A DNA stretch of 64,000 bases from Variovorax sp. PMC12 (GCF_003019815.1 NZ_CP027773.1:5019324-5083323), one strand, 5' to 3'; counted from the first letter of the stretch, positions 18,093 through 28,190 are shown. Notes: a model not told the origin generated them from the letters alone. Program-made: numbers and translations.

Positions 18093-18878
18093 TCAGAGCA
18101 GCTGCGACACCCGCTTCGCCGCATCCACCAGCGCAGGCAGCATGGTCTCCTGCATCACCTTCGCGCTGGTGCGGTTCGCCTGCCCGCTGATGTTGAGCGC
18201 GGCCACCATGCGCCCCTGCCGGTCGACGATGGGCGCGGCCACCGAAATCAGGCCTTCCTCAAGCTCCTGGTTCACCAGGCACCACTGCTGCTTGCGCGCC
18301 TGCGCCACCTTGGCCATGAGCGCATCGATGTCGGTCAGCGTGTGCTTGGTCAGCGTCTGGATGTCGGAGGCTTCGAGGCGCGTGCGCACTTCGTCGTCAT
18401 CGAGGTCCGCCAGCAACAGCCGGCCCAGCGACGTGCAGTAGGCCGGCAGTCGGGAGCCCACGCCCAGGTTGATGTGCATGATCTTCTTCGTCGGCACGCG
18501 CAGCACGTAGACGATGTCGGTCGCGTCCAGCACGGCGGCCGAGCACGACTCCTGCACCTGCTGCACCAGTGCTTCCATCACCGGCTCCGCGCGGTTCCAG
18601 ATCGGCATCGACGAGAGGTACGCGAAGCCCAGGTCGAGGATGCGCGGCGTGAGCGTGAACAGCTTGCCGTCGGTCACCACGTAGCCCAGCGTCTGCAGCG
18701 TGAGCAGGATGCGCCGCGCGCCCGCGCGCGTGAGGCCGCTGCCGGCGGCCACCTCGCTCAGCGTCTGGTGCGGCGCGTTCGCGCTGAACGAACGGATGAC
18801 CTGCAGGCCGCGTGCGAAAGACTGCACGTAGCTGTCGCCGGGCGCGGGTGCGGTGGGTTGTGTCGCGTGGGTTGCCAT
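18093..18878 (-). CDS. pcaR: IclR-family transcriptional regulator (PcaR/PcaU-like)
   Basis: 261 aa with an IclR HTH and effector domain. Divergent from pcaIJF. Confidence 0.8.
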   Translation of the reverse strand: MATHATQPTAPAPGDSYVQSFARGLQVIRSFSANAPHQTLSEVAAGSGLTRAGARRILLTLQTLGYVVTDGKLFTLTPRILDLGFAYLSSMPIWNRAEPVMEALVQQVQESCSAAVLDATDIVYVLRVPTKKIMHINLGVGSRLPAYCTSLGRLLLADLDDDEVRTRLEASDIQTLTKHTLTDIDALMAKVAQARKQQWCLVNQELEEGLISVAAPIVDRQGRMVAALNISGQANRTSAKVMQETMLPALVDAAKRVSQLL

Positions 18879-19004
18879 GCTGAGCGATCCTCTCTAGAAT
18901 TCATTATACGAACAAATGTTCTTTAGACGAACAAATTGTCGGTTCGCAGAATCGGGCGGATCGCGGTTCGGTTTCTTCTTTCCTCTCACCCGGAGACAAG
19001 CTTC

Positions 19005-19706
19005 ATGATCAACAAGATCGCGCGCTCGGTCGCCGATGCCCTGTCGGGCATCCAGGACGGCGCCACGGTTCTCATCGGCGGCTTCGGCACCGCCGGCATC
19101 CCCGGCGAACTCATCGACGGCCTCGTCGAGCAGGGCGCCAAGGACCTCACGGTCGTCAACAACAACGCGGGCAACGGCGAGACCGGCCTCGCGGCGCTGC
19201 TCAAGACGGGCCGCGTGCGCAAGATCATCTGCAGCTTCCCTCGCCAGGCCGACAGCCAGGTGTTCGACGGGCTCTACCGCAGCGGCAAGATCGAACTCGA
19301 GCTCGTGCCCCAGGGCAACCTCGCCGAGCGCATCCGCGCCGCGGGCGCGGGCATCGGCGCCTTCTTCTGCCCCACGGGCTACGGCACGCAACTGGCCGGC
19401 AACCGCGAGACCCGCGAGATCGACGGCAAGCAGTACGTGCTCGAGTACCCCATCCACGGCGACGTGGCGCTCATCAAGGCCGAGCGCGGCGACCGCTGGG
19501 GCAACCTGGTCTATCGCAAGGCGGCGCGCAACTTCGGCCCGGTCATGGCCATGGCCGCGAAGAAGACCATCGCCACCGTGCACGACATCGCCGAGCTCGG
19601 CACCCTAGACCCCGAGACCATCGTGACCCCGGGCATCTTCGTGCACCAGGTGGTGCGCATCGAACGCGTGGCGACCCAGGCCGGCGGTTTCAAGAAGGCA
19701 GCATGA
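19005..19706 (+). CDS. pcaI: 3-oxoadipate CoA-transferase subunit A
   Basis: MINKIARSVADALSGIQDGATVLIGGFGTAGIPGELI.. is the CoA-transferase alpha subunit. The track ORF begins 69 nt upstream but the first ATG is at 19005. Confidence 0.85.
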   Translation: MINKIARSVADALSGIQDGATVLIGGFGTAGIPGELIDGLVEQGAKDLTVVNNNAGNGETGLAALLKTGRVRKIICSFPRQADSQVFDGLYRSGKIELELVPQGNLAERIRAAGAGIGAFFCPTGYGTQLAGNRETREIDGKQYVLEYPIHGDVALIKAERGDRWGNLVYRKAARNFGPVMAMAAKKTIATVHDIAELGTLDPETIVTPGIFVHQVVRIERVATQAGGFKKAA

Positions 19707-20350
19707 CCATGACTTACACACGTCGCACCAAGGACCAGCTCGCCGCCCGCGTGGCGCAGGACATCTTCGACGGCGCCGTCGTCAACCTCGGCATCGGCCA
19801 GCCCACGCTGGTGGCCAACCACCTGCCCAAGGGCCGCGAGGTCATCCTGCAGAGCGAGAACGGCATCCTCGGCATGGGCCCCGCGCCCGAGGCCGGCGAA
19901 GAAGACTACGACCTGATCAACGCCGGCAAGCAGCCCGTCACGCTGCTGCCGGGCGGCGCCTTCTTCCACCATGCCGACAGCTTCGCGATGATGCGCGGCG
20001 GCCACCTCGACATCTGCGTGCTCGGCGCGTTCCAGGTGTCGGCCACCGGCGACCTCGCCAACTGGCACACCGGCGAGAAAGACGCCATTCCCGCCGTCGG
20101 CGGCGCCATGGACCTGGCCATTGGCGCCAAGCAGACGTGGGTCATGATGGACCTGCTGACCAAGCAGGGCGCGAGCAAGCTGGTGAAGGAATGCACCTAT
20201 CCGCTGACCGGCATCGCCTGCGTCAAGCGCGTGTATTCCGATCTCGCCACGCTCGAGTGCACGCCGCAAGGCCTGAAGCTCATCGACCTGGTCGACGGCC
20301 TGAGCCGCGAAGAACTCGAGAAGCTCGTCGGCCTTCCGATCGCCGCCTGA
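19703..20350 (+). CDS. pcaJ: 3-oxoadipate CoA-transferase subunit B
   Basis: MTMTYTRRTKDQLAARVAQDI.. is the beta subunit. Overlaps the pcaI stop. Confidence 0.85.
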   Translation: MTMTYTRRTKDQLAARVAQDIFDGAVVNLGIGQPTLVANHLPKGREVILQSENGILGMGPAPEAGEEDYDLINAGKQPVTLLPGGAFFHHADSFAMMRGGHLDICVLGAFQVSATGDLANWHTGEKDAIPAVGGAMDLAIGAKQTWVMMDLLTKQGASKLVKECTYPLTGIACVKRVYSDLATLECTPQGLKLIDLVDGLSREELEKLVGLPIAA

Positions 20351-20379
20351 TCCCTTTCAAGCCATTACAGAGACACACC

Positions 20380-21585
20380 ATGACCAACCAAGCCTTCATC
20401 TGCGACGCCGTTCGCACCCCCTTCGGCCGCTACGGCGGCTCGCTCAGCAGCGTGCGCGCCGACGACCTGGGCGCCGTGCCCCTGCGCGCACTGATGGAAC
20501 GCAACAAGAACGTCGACTGGCAGGCGGTGAGCGACGTGCTCTACGGATGCGCCAACCAGGCCGGCGAAGACAACCGCAACGTCGCGCGCATGTCGGCGCT
20601 GCTGGCGGGCCTGCCGCTCGAACTCGGCGGCGCGACCATCAACCGCCTGTGCGGTTCGGGCCTCGATGCCGTGGGCACGGCCGCACGCGCCATCCGCGCC
20701 GGTGAAGCCGGCCTGATGATCGCCGGCGGCGTGGAAAGCATGAGCCGCGCTCCCTTCGTCATGCCCAAGGCCGAAAGCGCCTTCAGCCGCAACAACGCGG
20801 TGTACGACACCACCATCGGCTGGCGCTTCGTCAACAAGCTCATGAAGGCGCAGTACGGCGTCGACTCGATGCCCGAGACGGCAGAAAACGTGGCCACCGA
20901 CTACAAGATCGAGCGCGAGGCGCAAGACCTGATGGCGCTGAACTCGCAGTTGCGCGCAGTGGCTTCGCAGAAGTCGGGCTTCTTCGACGCTGAAATCGTG
21001 CCCGTGACCGTGCCGCAGAAGAAGGGCGACGCCATCATCGTCAGCAAGGACGAGCATCCGCGCGAGACCAGCCTCGAGTCGCTCGCCAAGCTCAAGGGCG
21101 TGGTGCGTCCTGACGGCACCGTGACCGCCGGCAATGCCAGCGGCGTGAACGACGGCGCCTGCGCGCTGCTGCTGGCCGACGAAGCCAGCGCCGCCAAGCA
21201 CGGCCTCACGCCGCGCGCCCGGGTGGTCGGCATGGCCACTGCCGGCGTCGCGCCGCGCGTGATGGGCATCGGCCCCGCGCCCGCCACGCAGAAGGTGCTG
21301 GCGCTCACGGGCCTCACGCTCGACCAGATCGACGTCATCGAACTGAACGAAGCCTTCGCAGCCCAGGGCCTCGCCGTGCTGCGCCTGCTGGGCCTGAAGG
21401 ACGACGACGCCCGCGTCAACATCAACGGCGGCGCCATCGCGCTGGGCCACCCGCTGGGCGCCAGCGGCGCCCGCCTGGCCACCACGGCGGTGAACCAGCT
21501 GCACAAGGGCGGCGGCCGCTATGCGCTGTGCACGATGTGCATCGGCGTGGGCCAGGGCATCGCGGTGATTCTCGAGCGCGTCTGA
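20380..21585 (+). CDS. pcaF: Beta-ketoadipyl-CoA thiolase
   Basis: MTNQAFICDAVRTPFGRYGGSL.. is a thiolase with the catalytic Cys region NRLCGSGLDA. First ATG at 20380. Confidence 0.85.
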   Translation: MTNQAFICDAVRTPFGRYGGSLSSVRADDLGAVPLRALMERNKNVDWQAVSDVLYGCANQAGEDNRNVARMSALLAGLPLELGGATINRLCGSGLDAVGTAARAIRAGEAGLMIAGGVESMSRAPFVMPKAESAFSRNNAVYDTTIGWRFVNKLMKAQYGVDSMPETAENVATDYKIEREAQDLMALNSQLRAVASQKSGFFDAEIVPVTVPQKKGDAIIVSKDEHPRETSLESLAKLKGVVRPDGTVTAGNASGVNDGACALLLADEASAAKHGLTPRARVVGMATAGVAPRVMGIGPAPATQKVLALTGLTLDQIDVIELNEAFAAQGLAVLRLLGLKDDDARVNINGGAIALGHPLGASGARLATTAVNQLHKGGGRYALCTMCIGVGQGIAVILERV

Positions 21586-21624
21586 CGCCGCATCCATTGC
21601 GGCGCTCGCTGGGCCGCCTTGGCC

Positions 21625-22086
21625 TCAGATGAGCGTCGCACTCACGCCGCGCGCCACGGCGGGGGCGATGCCGGCGTAGAAGAAGCCCAGGTCGTCCTCG
21701 GGGCCGTTGACGGCGCGCCCGCGCACCTTGCTCATCGCGCAGACGCCGACCTGGGCGTCGTCCTTGCCGATGACCAGAACGAAGGGGTTGTCCTCGTCGC
21801 CCCGCAGGTAGCGCCCGCCGAACTCGCGGCGCGCGACCTCGAAGACGTAAGCCGACGCGAGAAAGTGAAGGTCGTCCGGCAAGGGCGCCTGCTGCCTGAA
21901 GAAGTCGTCAAGCACGCGGTCGACCAGCGACAGCGAGGACGCCGTGTAGTCCAGCCGCGAGCCGTCGATGGGCGCGCCGGGCCGCGAGAACGCGTCGACG
22001 AAGTCCTCGGCCTGCGAGGCCATGCCTTCCTCGATCGTCTCGGGCATGGCCGGCTTCTTTTTCTTCAGCAGGTCGAACAATCCCAT
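21625..22086 (-). CDS. Hypothetical protein (DUF3806-like)
   Basis: 153 aa, MGLFDLLKKKKPAMPE.. No known catalytic motif. Confidence 0.55.
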   Translation of the reverse strand: MGLFDLLKKKKPAMPETIEEGMASQAEDFVDAFSRPGAPIDGSRLDYTASSLSLVDRVLDDFFRQQAPLPDDLHFLASAYVFEVARREFGGRYLRGDEDNPFVLVIGKDDAQVGVCAMSKVRGRAVNGPEDDLGFFYAGIAPAVARGVSATLI

Positions 22087-22110
22087 GGTTGCGGTTTTCC
22101 TTCGTCGAAA

Positions 22111-22146
22111 GATGGATGGATGGATGGATGGATGAATGGATGCGAT
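22111..22146. repeat. Tetranucleotide microsatellite (GATG)6 plus two degenerate units, in the promoter region of the DUF3806 gene
   Basis: gatggatggatggatggatggatgaatggatgcgatg read directly, 25-60 nt upstream of the ATG at 22086 on the opposite strand. Confidence 0.85.
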
Positions 22147-22387
22147 GCGCTCGGAATCTGCTCACTGTGTCAGAACCCGCAGTCCGCGCGCAAGCAGGAA
22201 TTCGAAGTACACCGGCGCAGCTAACAGAAGTTCGCGCAGGTTGCAGCGCTCGCCAAAGAGCTACTCCGGGCCTCGGGGCCGTCATGGACATGCCTTGTGC
22301 CGTCAATAGTCTTGCTCAGGGTTTTCCCGCATCGAAGCGGCAAGACCCCATCCAGACAGACAGACAACCCACAGAAAAGACGGAACC

Positions 22388-22804
22388 ATGAAGACCACTC
22401 ACCTCGCCATCGCCGCCGCACTCACCGTGCTGGCCGTCGCCTCCGCCAACGCCCAGCAACGCACCCGCGAAGCCGTCGAGGCAGAGGCAGTTGCCGCGGC
22501 CCACGCCAAGGACCAGAACGTCACGCGCGGTTCGCGCGGCGCCGATCCGTTCAAGTCCGTGGCCGATCCTGAAGCTGTCTACAAGCAGGCCGTCGACACG
22601 GCCCATGCGCCCAACCAGAACGTGACCCGCGGTTCGCGCGGTCCCGATCCCTTCACCTCGAGCCGCGACCCGGCCCAGGTCTACCAGGAAGCCATGGCCA
22701 CCGCGGCAGCGCCCGACCAGAACGTGACCGGCGGCTCGCGCGTCAACAGCAAGGTGATCTCCACCATGGAGAACCCGGTGCTGAAGGCCGCGCAAAGCAA
22801 GTAA
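22388..22804 (+). CDS. Secreted DUF4148-like protein with three tandem roughly 30-aa repeats
   Basis: Signal peptide MKTTHLAIAAALTVLAVASANA. Internal repeats DQNVTRGSRG(A/P)DPF x3. Confidence 0.6.
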   Translation: MKTTHLAIAAALTVLAVASANAQQRTREAVEAEAVAAAHAKDQNVTRGSRGADPFKSVADPEAVYKQAVDTAHAPNQNVTRGSRGPDPFTSSRDPAQVYQEAMATAAAPDQNVTGGSRVNSKVISTMENPVLKAAQSK

Positions 22805-22827
22805 GCAAGGCAAGCGCGCCGGGCTTT

Positions 22828-23337
22828 TCAAGCGCGCATGCGGCGCGCGGGCTCGGCCCGATGCAGGAAGCCGGTGAACGTGTCGGGAGGCGACGAGCCC
22901 ATGAGCCGCCACATGATCCGGCCGAGCTCGCCCCGGTGGTAGCCGGCATGGGTCACGACGTGGCCCAGCATCTCTTCGCGCGACATGCGCCCGGCGGCGC
23001 CGTCGGTGAAGTCGAAGTCGATGCTCTCGGCAAGCTCCTGCGCACTCAGGCGCGCCGTGTAGGCGACATACCAGCGGTCCGTTTCCCTCACTGCCTCTGC
23101 CAGTTCCCGCAGCGGCGGCGCGGTGTCCGACCCTGTGGCGGCGCAGCCGTGGTCCAGGCGCTGCAGGTTCGCCACGAAGATGCGATCGACGATGCATGCG
23201 TGGTTGAAGACGCGGACTGCGGCTTCGTATTCGGCCTGCGGCGCCTTTTCGGCCAGTGCGGCCAGGCCCTCCAGCAGCCCTTCGTCCGCCCATGACTTGT
23301 AGCGGAACAAGGAATTCAAAAGCGTCTGCGTGGTCAT
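22828..23337 (-). CDS. DinB-family (DinB_2) damage-inducible protein
   Basis: MTTQTLLNSLFRYKSWADEGLLEGLAAL.. with the His triad region HVVTHAGYHRGEL. ATG at 23337. Confidence 0.7.
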   Translation of the reverse strand: MTTQTLLNSLFRYKSWADEGLLEGLAALAEKAPQAEYEAAVRVFNHACIVDRIFVANLQRLDHGCAATGSDTAPPLRELAEAVRETDRWYVAYTARLSAQELAESIDFDFTDGAAGRMSREEMLGHVVTHAGYHRGELGRIMWRLMGSSPPDTFTGFLHRAEPARRMRA

Positions 23338-23459
23338 CGCGGTTCCCTTGGATAAAAACGGCACACTTCGCAGCCATCGGCCGACGGCGGGTGCGGGCGG
23401 TCTTATTCTTGAGTGGAGCCTCGAACTTGGGTACTCGCATTCCTTCGCAGCACAGGAGC

Positions 23460-24071
23460 ATGCGCAAAGCACCGCGGCAACAGCGTTCGCGCGCCACGGT
23501 CGACGTCATCATCGAAGCCGCCGCTCGCGTTCTGGGCCGCAGGGGGTGGGCGCGATTCACGACGAATGAGATCGCGGCGGTCGCGGGCGTCAGCGTGGGT
23601 TCGCTGTACCAGTACTTTCCGAACAAGCTGGCCATCGCCGAGGCGATCCGCCAGCGCCACCTCGACGAGGTGCTCCGGGTGTTGTCCGCCGCGGATGAGC
23701 AGGACGGAACCCTTTCGCTCGATCAGCGGGTTGCCCGGTTCGTCGATGGCGTCATCGCCACCCATTCCATCGACCAAGCGCTGCATCACGTGCTGGTCGA
23801 CGAGGTGCCGCTTGGCGCCCGTTCGAGCTACGTGGCGTTCGAGGCTGAGTACCAGCGGCGCTATCGGGCGCTGGTGGCCGCCGCCGACGGCCGTGCTGGC
23901 GAAGACGGCGAAGGGCAAGCCATGGCCGCGCGGATGCTCTCGTCGGCGGTAGAGGGCGTCGTCCACTCGGCGGCGGGCCGCCATGAACTCGGCGCGGCGT
24001 CATTCAGGACCGAATTGGTCCGGCGCATCCTTGCGTACCTGCGCGACCGGGGCGCGGAGTCTCAGGCGTAG
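23460..24071 (+). CDS. TetR/AcrR-family transcriptional regulator
   Basis: MRKAPRQQRSRATVDVIIEAAARVLGRRGWARFTTNEIAAVAGVSVGSLYQYFPNK is a TetR HTH. RBS AGGAG. Confidence 0.85.
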   Translation: MRKAPRQQRSRATVDVIIEAAARVLGRRGWARFTTNEIAAVAGVSVGSLYQYFPNKLAIAEAIRQRHLDEVLRVLSAADEQDGTLSLDQRVARFVDGVIATHSIDQALHHVLVDEVPLGARSSYVAFEAEYQRRYRALVAAADGRAGEDGEGQAMAARMLSSAVEGVVHSAAGRHELGAASFRTELVRRILAYLRDRGAESQA

Positions 24072-24464
24072 GCCTTGGCCGAGCGCAGTTGCAGCATCGC
24101 CAGCATCCGCGCTTCTTCCGCATCGCGCAGGCTCTTGGCTGCGCGGGCAGCGGCATAAGACACATACATCGTTTCGATGGCCTTGCCCCAGGCTTGGGGC
24201 GTCTGGTGCACCGTGTCGGCGGGAAGGCTTGCCGCGTACGCCCCTGGCGCGACGGGCTCCATCGGACAAGCCGGCACGTCGTACCCCGCCTTGCGCAGGA
24301 TGTTTGCTTTGTGGTTTGTGCTGAGCATGCGCGGGGCCTCCTCCGTGGTTGGTGCGAAGAAGATACCGGCACGCCTGCAGGGCCGCCATTAGCTGCTTGA
24401 CGTATGCGGATGTAGGAAAAAGCCCTCTGGGAGCGATTTCTCGGCTCCAACTAAGCCGTAAGCG

Positions 24465-25424
24465 TTAGGCCGGCGATGCCGCGGCATGCCACACCAGCGT
24501 GGCGGCGGTCAGGTCTTCGAGCGCGCTGCCCACGGCCTTGAAGACCGTGCGCTCCTCGTCGCTCGACCGGCCCGCCCGCTCCCCACGGCACAGCTCGGCC
24601 AGTGTGCCCTGGATGTCTTGCGCACGCAGCGTGCCCGCCGCCATCGCGTCGAGCAGGTCGCCGGATTTCTGCAGCGCTTCCGGGGTGTCGACGAAGGTGC
24701 GCGCACCGGCGAAGCAGTGCTCGTCGGTCTCGCGCATCGCGGGCGTGAAGCTGCCGATCAGGTCCAGGTGCGACCCCGGCGCAAGCCAGTCGCCGCGAAC
24801 CAGCGGTGCGGTGGCCAGCGTGGCGCAGCTCACGATGTCGGCGTGCCCGCGCACGGCGGCCTCGAGGTCGGTGGCGGCTCGCGCATTCCAGCCTTCGGCG
24901 CGCCATTGCGCCGCCAGCGCCTCGGCGCCTTCGGGCCGGTGGTTCCAGACCCATACCTCGTCGATGGGCCGCACGCTTGCATGGGCGGCAGGCAGCATTC
25001 GCGCGATGCGGCCGGTGCCCAGCACCAGCAGCCGGCGTGCGTCCTTTCGCGCGAGGAACGACGCACCCAGCGCGGACGCGGCGGCCGTGCGGCGCGCGGT
25101 GATCTCGTTGCCGTCCATCATCGCCAGCGGCACACCGGTGCGCGCGTCGTACAGCACGTAGGTCGCGTGCAGGCCGGGCAGGCCGTGCGCACCGTTGCCT
25201 GGGAAGATGTTGATCGTCTTTATGCCCAGGAAGCCCGTGTCGCTCCACGCCGGCATGATGAGCACCGTGCCCTTGCAGGCGGCGCGGTCCGCGCCGGCGG
25301 TCTCGATGGTGTGCACATGGCGCGGCGGCACCTGCGCCTCGGCCGCGAACGCCGAGCGCAGCGCGGGCACCAGCCGCTCGAAAGCCAGCGGCGCGCGGGT
25401 GGCGGTTTCGTCGAAATGCTTCAT
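24465..25424 (-). CDS. Ornithine cyclodeaminase/mu-crystallin family protein
   Basis: [18 protein letters not shown].. Rossmann region LLVLGTGRIARML. ATGA overlap with the upstream hydrolase gene. Confidence 0.75.
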   Translation of the reverse strand: MKHFDETATRAPLAFERLVPALRSAFAAEAQVPPRHVHTIETAGADRAACKGTVLIMPAWSDTGFLGIKTINIFPGNGAHGLPGLHATYVLYDARTGVPLAMMDGNEITARRTAAASALGASFLARKDARRLLVLGTGRIARMLPAAHASVRPIDEVWVWNHRPEGAEALAAQWRAEGWNARAATDLEAAVRGHADIVSCATLATAPLVRGDWLAPGSHLDLIGSFTPAMRETDEHCFAGARTFVDTPEALQKSGDLLDAMAAGTLRAQDIQGTLAELCRGERAGRSSDEERTVFKAVGSALEDLTAATLVWHAAASPA

Positions 25425-26287
25425 TGCTGCAGCGGCTGCATGGACGATTCGAAGAAGGCCGTCAGCGCCTTGCGGTAGGCGTTGCCGAAGCGCAGCGTCG
25501 TCATCGGCTCGAGATGTCCGGCGCCTTGCACCTCGATCAGCCGCTTGGGCTCGCGCGCGTCGGCCAGCAGCCGCTTCGAATGCTCCACGGGAATCACCTG
25601 GTCGGCCGTGCCGTGAATGAACAGCAGCGGAATCGGCGACACAGCCGCCACGTACTTCGACGCCGCATAGTCGTCGCTCACCAGCAGGCCGGCGCCCTTG
25701 AACTTGTCGTTGGCAATCGAGGAATACGAATAGAAGGTCGACTCGATGGCCGCCGCCTTCACGCCCGCGCGGTTGCCCGAGCCCACCACCGCGATCGCAT
25801 TGGTGCCGCCCAGGCTCTGCCCGAAGACGAACAGCCGCTCCGGGTCGACGTCCTGGCGCGAGCGCACGTAGTTCAGCGCGGCGTTGGAATCTTCGAACAC
25901 GCCCTTGGGCTCCGGTTTGCCCTCGGACTGGCCGTAGCCCCGGTAGTCGAAGACGAGCACGTTGTAGTCCTGCTTGGGCAGCCAGGCCACGAAGCGCCAA
26001 TGCGTGCTCATGTTCTGCGCATTGCCGTGGAAATGCACCACCGTGCCCTTGGCCTCCTTCGGGTTCTTGCGGTCGGCCGCGGGCAGGAACCAGCCGCTCA
26101 GCCGCGTGCCGTCGGCGCTGGTGAACTGCACGGGCTCGTAGCGCATGCCCAGCACGTCTGGCGTCTCGTAGCGCACGTTGTCGGGGTAATAGAACATCGA
26201 CTGCACGCAACCTGCCAGCAGCAGAGGCAGCGCGCACAGCGCGAGTTTTCCGCACCATCGGCGGATCGGGCCGGTGCCGATGGTCAT
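25421..26287 (-). CDS. Alpha/beta-hydrolase lipoprotein
   Basis: Lipobox LLLAGC after [27 protein letters not shown] nucleophile elbow. ATG at 26287 overlaps the exonuclease stop. Confidence 0.75.
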   Translation of the reverse strand: MTIGTGPIRRWCGKLALCALPLLLAGCVQSMFYYPDNVRYETPDVLGMRYEPVQFTSADGTRLSGWFLPAADRKNPKEAKGTVVHFHGNAQNMSTHWRFVAWLPKQDYNVLVFDYRGYGQSEGKPEPKGVFEDSNAALNYVRSRQDVDPERLFVFGQSLGGTNAIAVVGSGNRAGVKAAAIESTFYSYSSIANDKFKGAGLLVSDDYAASKYVAAVSPIPLLFIHGTADQVIPVEHSKRLLADAREPKRLIEVQGAGHLEPMTTLRFGNAYRKALTAFFESSMQPLQQ

Positions 26288-26862
26288 GGCTTTTCTGCGC
26301 CCTTGGCGGCCGCGCGGTTCTCCGCGAGCATGTTGCAGAAGAGGGCGCCTTGCTCGATCGCGTCGTCGAGCGCCACATGCGTGTGCGGCATCCCGGGGTC
26401 GAACCAGCGGCGCGGCATCGCGCGCTTGGTGCTGTCGCGGTAGTCGAGCTGGAGCATCGCCATCGCGAACGACTTCACGTCGAGCGCCGAGTGGCTGAAA
26501 GGGCTCTCGCCCGCGAAGCGCATCAAATACCAGTAGACGAACAGGAAGTCGAAGCCCGCGGGGTACGCGACGAACACGGGCCGCGCGGGCAGGCCCTTGA
26601 GCCAGCTCACGTAGTTCTTCATGGCGTGGGCGGGGTCCTGCAGGTCGGTGCGGCAGGCGGCCCATGCCTCAGGTTGGGTCTTCCACCAGGCGGCGGTCTT
26701 CGGGTCGGCTTCGGCGCCGGGCAGCGTGTGCAGGTTGGCGCTGAAGGTGGAAAGCAGTTGCTTGTCGGCCGTGTAGGCGGCCGAGCCGAAGCTGAGCATC
26801 GAATGCGGGCCCGGGATGGGGCCGTCGGATTCGACGTCTGTGCTTATGTAGATTTCTGGCAT
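26284..26862 (-). CDS. DEDDh 3'-5' exonuclease (Rv2179c-like exoribonuclease family)
   Basis: 192 aa with DxE (ISTDVESDG), YxxxD and HxxxxD (HVALDDAIE) motifs typical of DnaQ-like DEDDh exonucleases. Confidence 0.65.
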   Translation of the reverse strand: MPEIYISTDVESDGPIPGPHSMLSFGSAAYTADKQLLSTFSANLHTLPGAEADPKTAAWWKTQPEAWAACRTDLQDPAHAMKNYVSWLKGLPARPVFVAYPAGFDFLFVYWYLMRFAGESPFSHSALDVKSFAMAMLQLDYRDSTKRAMPRRWFDPGMPHTHVALDDAIEQGALFCNMLAENRAAAKGAEKP

Positions 26863-26889
26863 GGGTGTAGGCAGGTCGTTGGGGCTCGC

Positions 26890-28167
26890 TCATTGCGAGT
26901 CGGCGGGGATCAAACGCTTCCACCACGGCTGCTTCGCCGGTGCGGTGGCCGGGGATGCAACAAAAGCCTTGCGGGCCCTGGCGCGAGTGCGCAGCTTTTC
27001 GATGAGGTCTGCGCTTGCCCACACCGACGGCTCGCCTTCGAGCTGTTCGAGCGCCCACCGTATCTCGGACTCTGCCGCTTCGCACATGGCTTCGCCTTTG
27101 ACCGCACCTTGCGTTACGGCCAACTGCTGTTGCGGGTCGCCGTTGCCGAACCAGAAAGTACATGCGGCGATGTACGAGAAAACTGCGGCCTTCATGGGCG
27201 CGTCGTCTGGGCCGGCTTTCCTTGTGGACGCCAAGTGCCGCCCCAGGTCATGCTGTACGCCGAGCAGGCTGTCCACCATTTCGTCGCAGGTCAGCGGCAG
27301 ATTGAAATCCTGTTGCAGCAGTTGCGCCCACAGCACCTTGTCCAAACGGTCCTGCAACGGGAATTTCTTGTCGAAGCCGATGGCCGAGGCGTAGGCCTCG
27401 ACATTGGGATAGAGGGCCTGAGCGCAGAAGGTCGCGAATGCCGCAGCCTTCGGGTTCGAGAGCTTCGACAGCCGGGGCGAAAAGGCCTGGGAGAGGCGAC
27501 TCTGCGCTTGTGACTCGACGACCTGCCGGATGTTCTGCTCCACCCAGTGCAGGTACCAGTCATTGAAACCCATGCGGGTTCCATCTTCTTTCAGGAAGGG
27601 TTTGATGCCCTCGTTGTCCGCTCGCAGGTCGCGCCAGACCGTACCTGCCAGAGGCCCTGTCACGACCAGCCAGTTGCGCAGGGCGCAGCCTTCATGGCAG
27701 ATGGGTATGGCGCCGTCGGTGATGCTGGTGGCGTAGTAGTCGCTTTCAAGCTTCCTTTCCCAAGCTTCGTGCATCCGGTCTTGTTCTTCGACGGGCATGT
27801 CTTCCGGCGGATCGGGCTGCTGGCGCCAGAAGTCCTCAGGAAGGTTCCATGCGTCGCGCAGCGGGAACGGCCTGGACAGGTCTCCGATGAGTGCGTAGCC
27901 CTCGTCCCAACGGCAAAGGTCGTGGCTCCTGTCGTGCATGCCGAGCGGAAACACGCCATATGCCGGGCCCGCACCACCGTTTCCGATCTCCGTGATGAAC
28001 CTGCGGTACTCATCGGGGAATCTGCACCCGTGCTTGGCTTCCACCTGTGCGACCTCTTCTTCGGAAAGTGGCGGATTCAGGTCGTACCAGTGCGACTTCG
28101 CCGCAAAGCAACTGCAGTCCAGATCGAGCCGCTTGAGTGTCTGAAGACGGGACAGGATGTCGGTCAC
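26890..28167 (-). CDS. SMI1/KNR4 (SUKH-1) domain protein with a roughly 230-aa C-terminal extension
   Basis: N-terminal SUKH signature (..HWYDLNPPLSEEEVAQVEAKHGCRFPDEYRRFITEIGNGGAGPAYGVFPL..). 425 aa. GTG start with RBS AAAGGA. Confidence 0.65.
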   Translation of the reverse strand: MTDILSRLQTLKRLDLDCSCFAAKSHWYDLNPPLSEEEVAQVEAKHGCRFPDEYRRFITEIGNGGAGPAYGVFPLGMHDRSHDLCRWDEGYALIGDLSRPFPLRDAWNLPEDFWRQQPDPPEDMPVEEQDRMHEAWERKLESDYYATSITDGAIPICHEGCALRNWLVVTGPLAGTVWRDLRADNEGIKPFLKEDGTRMGFNDWYLHWVEQNIRQVVESQAQSRLSQAFSPRLSKLSNPKAAAFATFCAQALYPNVEAYASAIGFDKKFPLQDRLDKVLWAQLLQQDFNLPLTCDEMVDSLLGVQHDLGRHLASTRKAGPDDAPMKAAVFSYIAACTFWFGNGDPQQQLAVTQGAVKGEAMCEAAESEIRWALEQLEGEPSVWASADLIEKLRTRARARKAFVASPATAPAKQPWWKRLIPADSQ

Positions 28168-28190
28168 GACGGGTTAAGTCCTTTTGCTTG

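Noticed and set aside
18063-18095. Possible bidirectional terminator hairpin between the convergent tctC-like and pcaR genes
   Set aside because: The stem is imperfect with G-U pairs, there is no U-tract, and it overlaps the pcaR stop. Too weak to call.
24062-24328. 88-aa minus-strand ORF overlapping the 3' end of tetR
   Set aside because: No motif or RBS support and it overlaps the TetR stop. It could be real but cannot be supported from sequence alone.
24465-26378. Very long ORFs that appear to fuse neighbouring genes (24465-26378, 45944-48463, 57255-59726, 59234-62599, 49206-51137, 47971-49191)
   Set aside because: They are upstream in-frame extensions without stop codons. The real genes begin at internal ATG codons with RBS and N-termini matching family norms. 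The extended parts overlap adjacent genes on the same strand and translate to low-complexity sequence.
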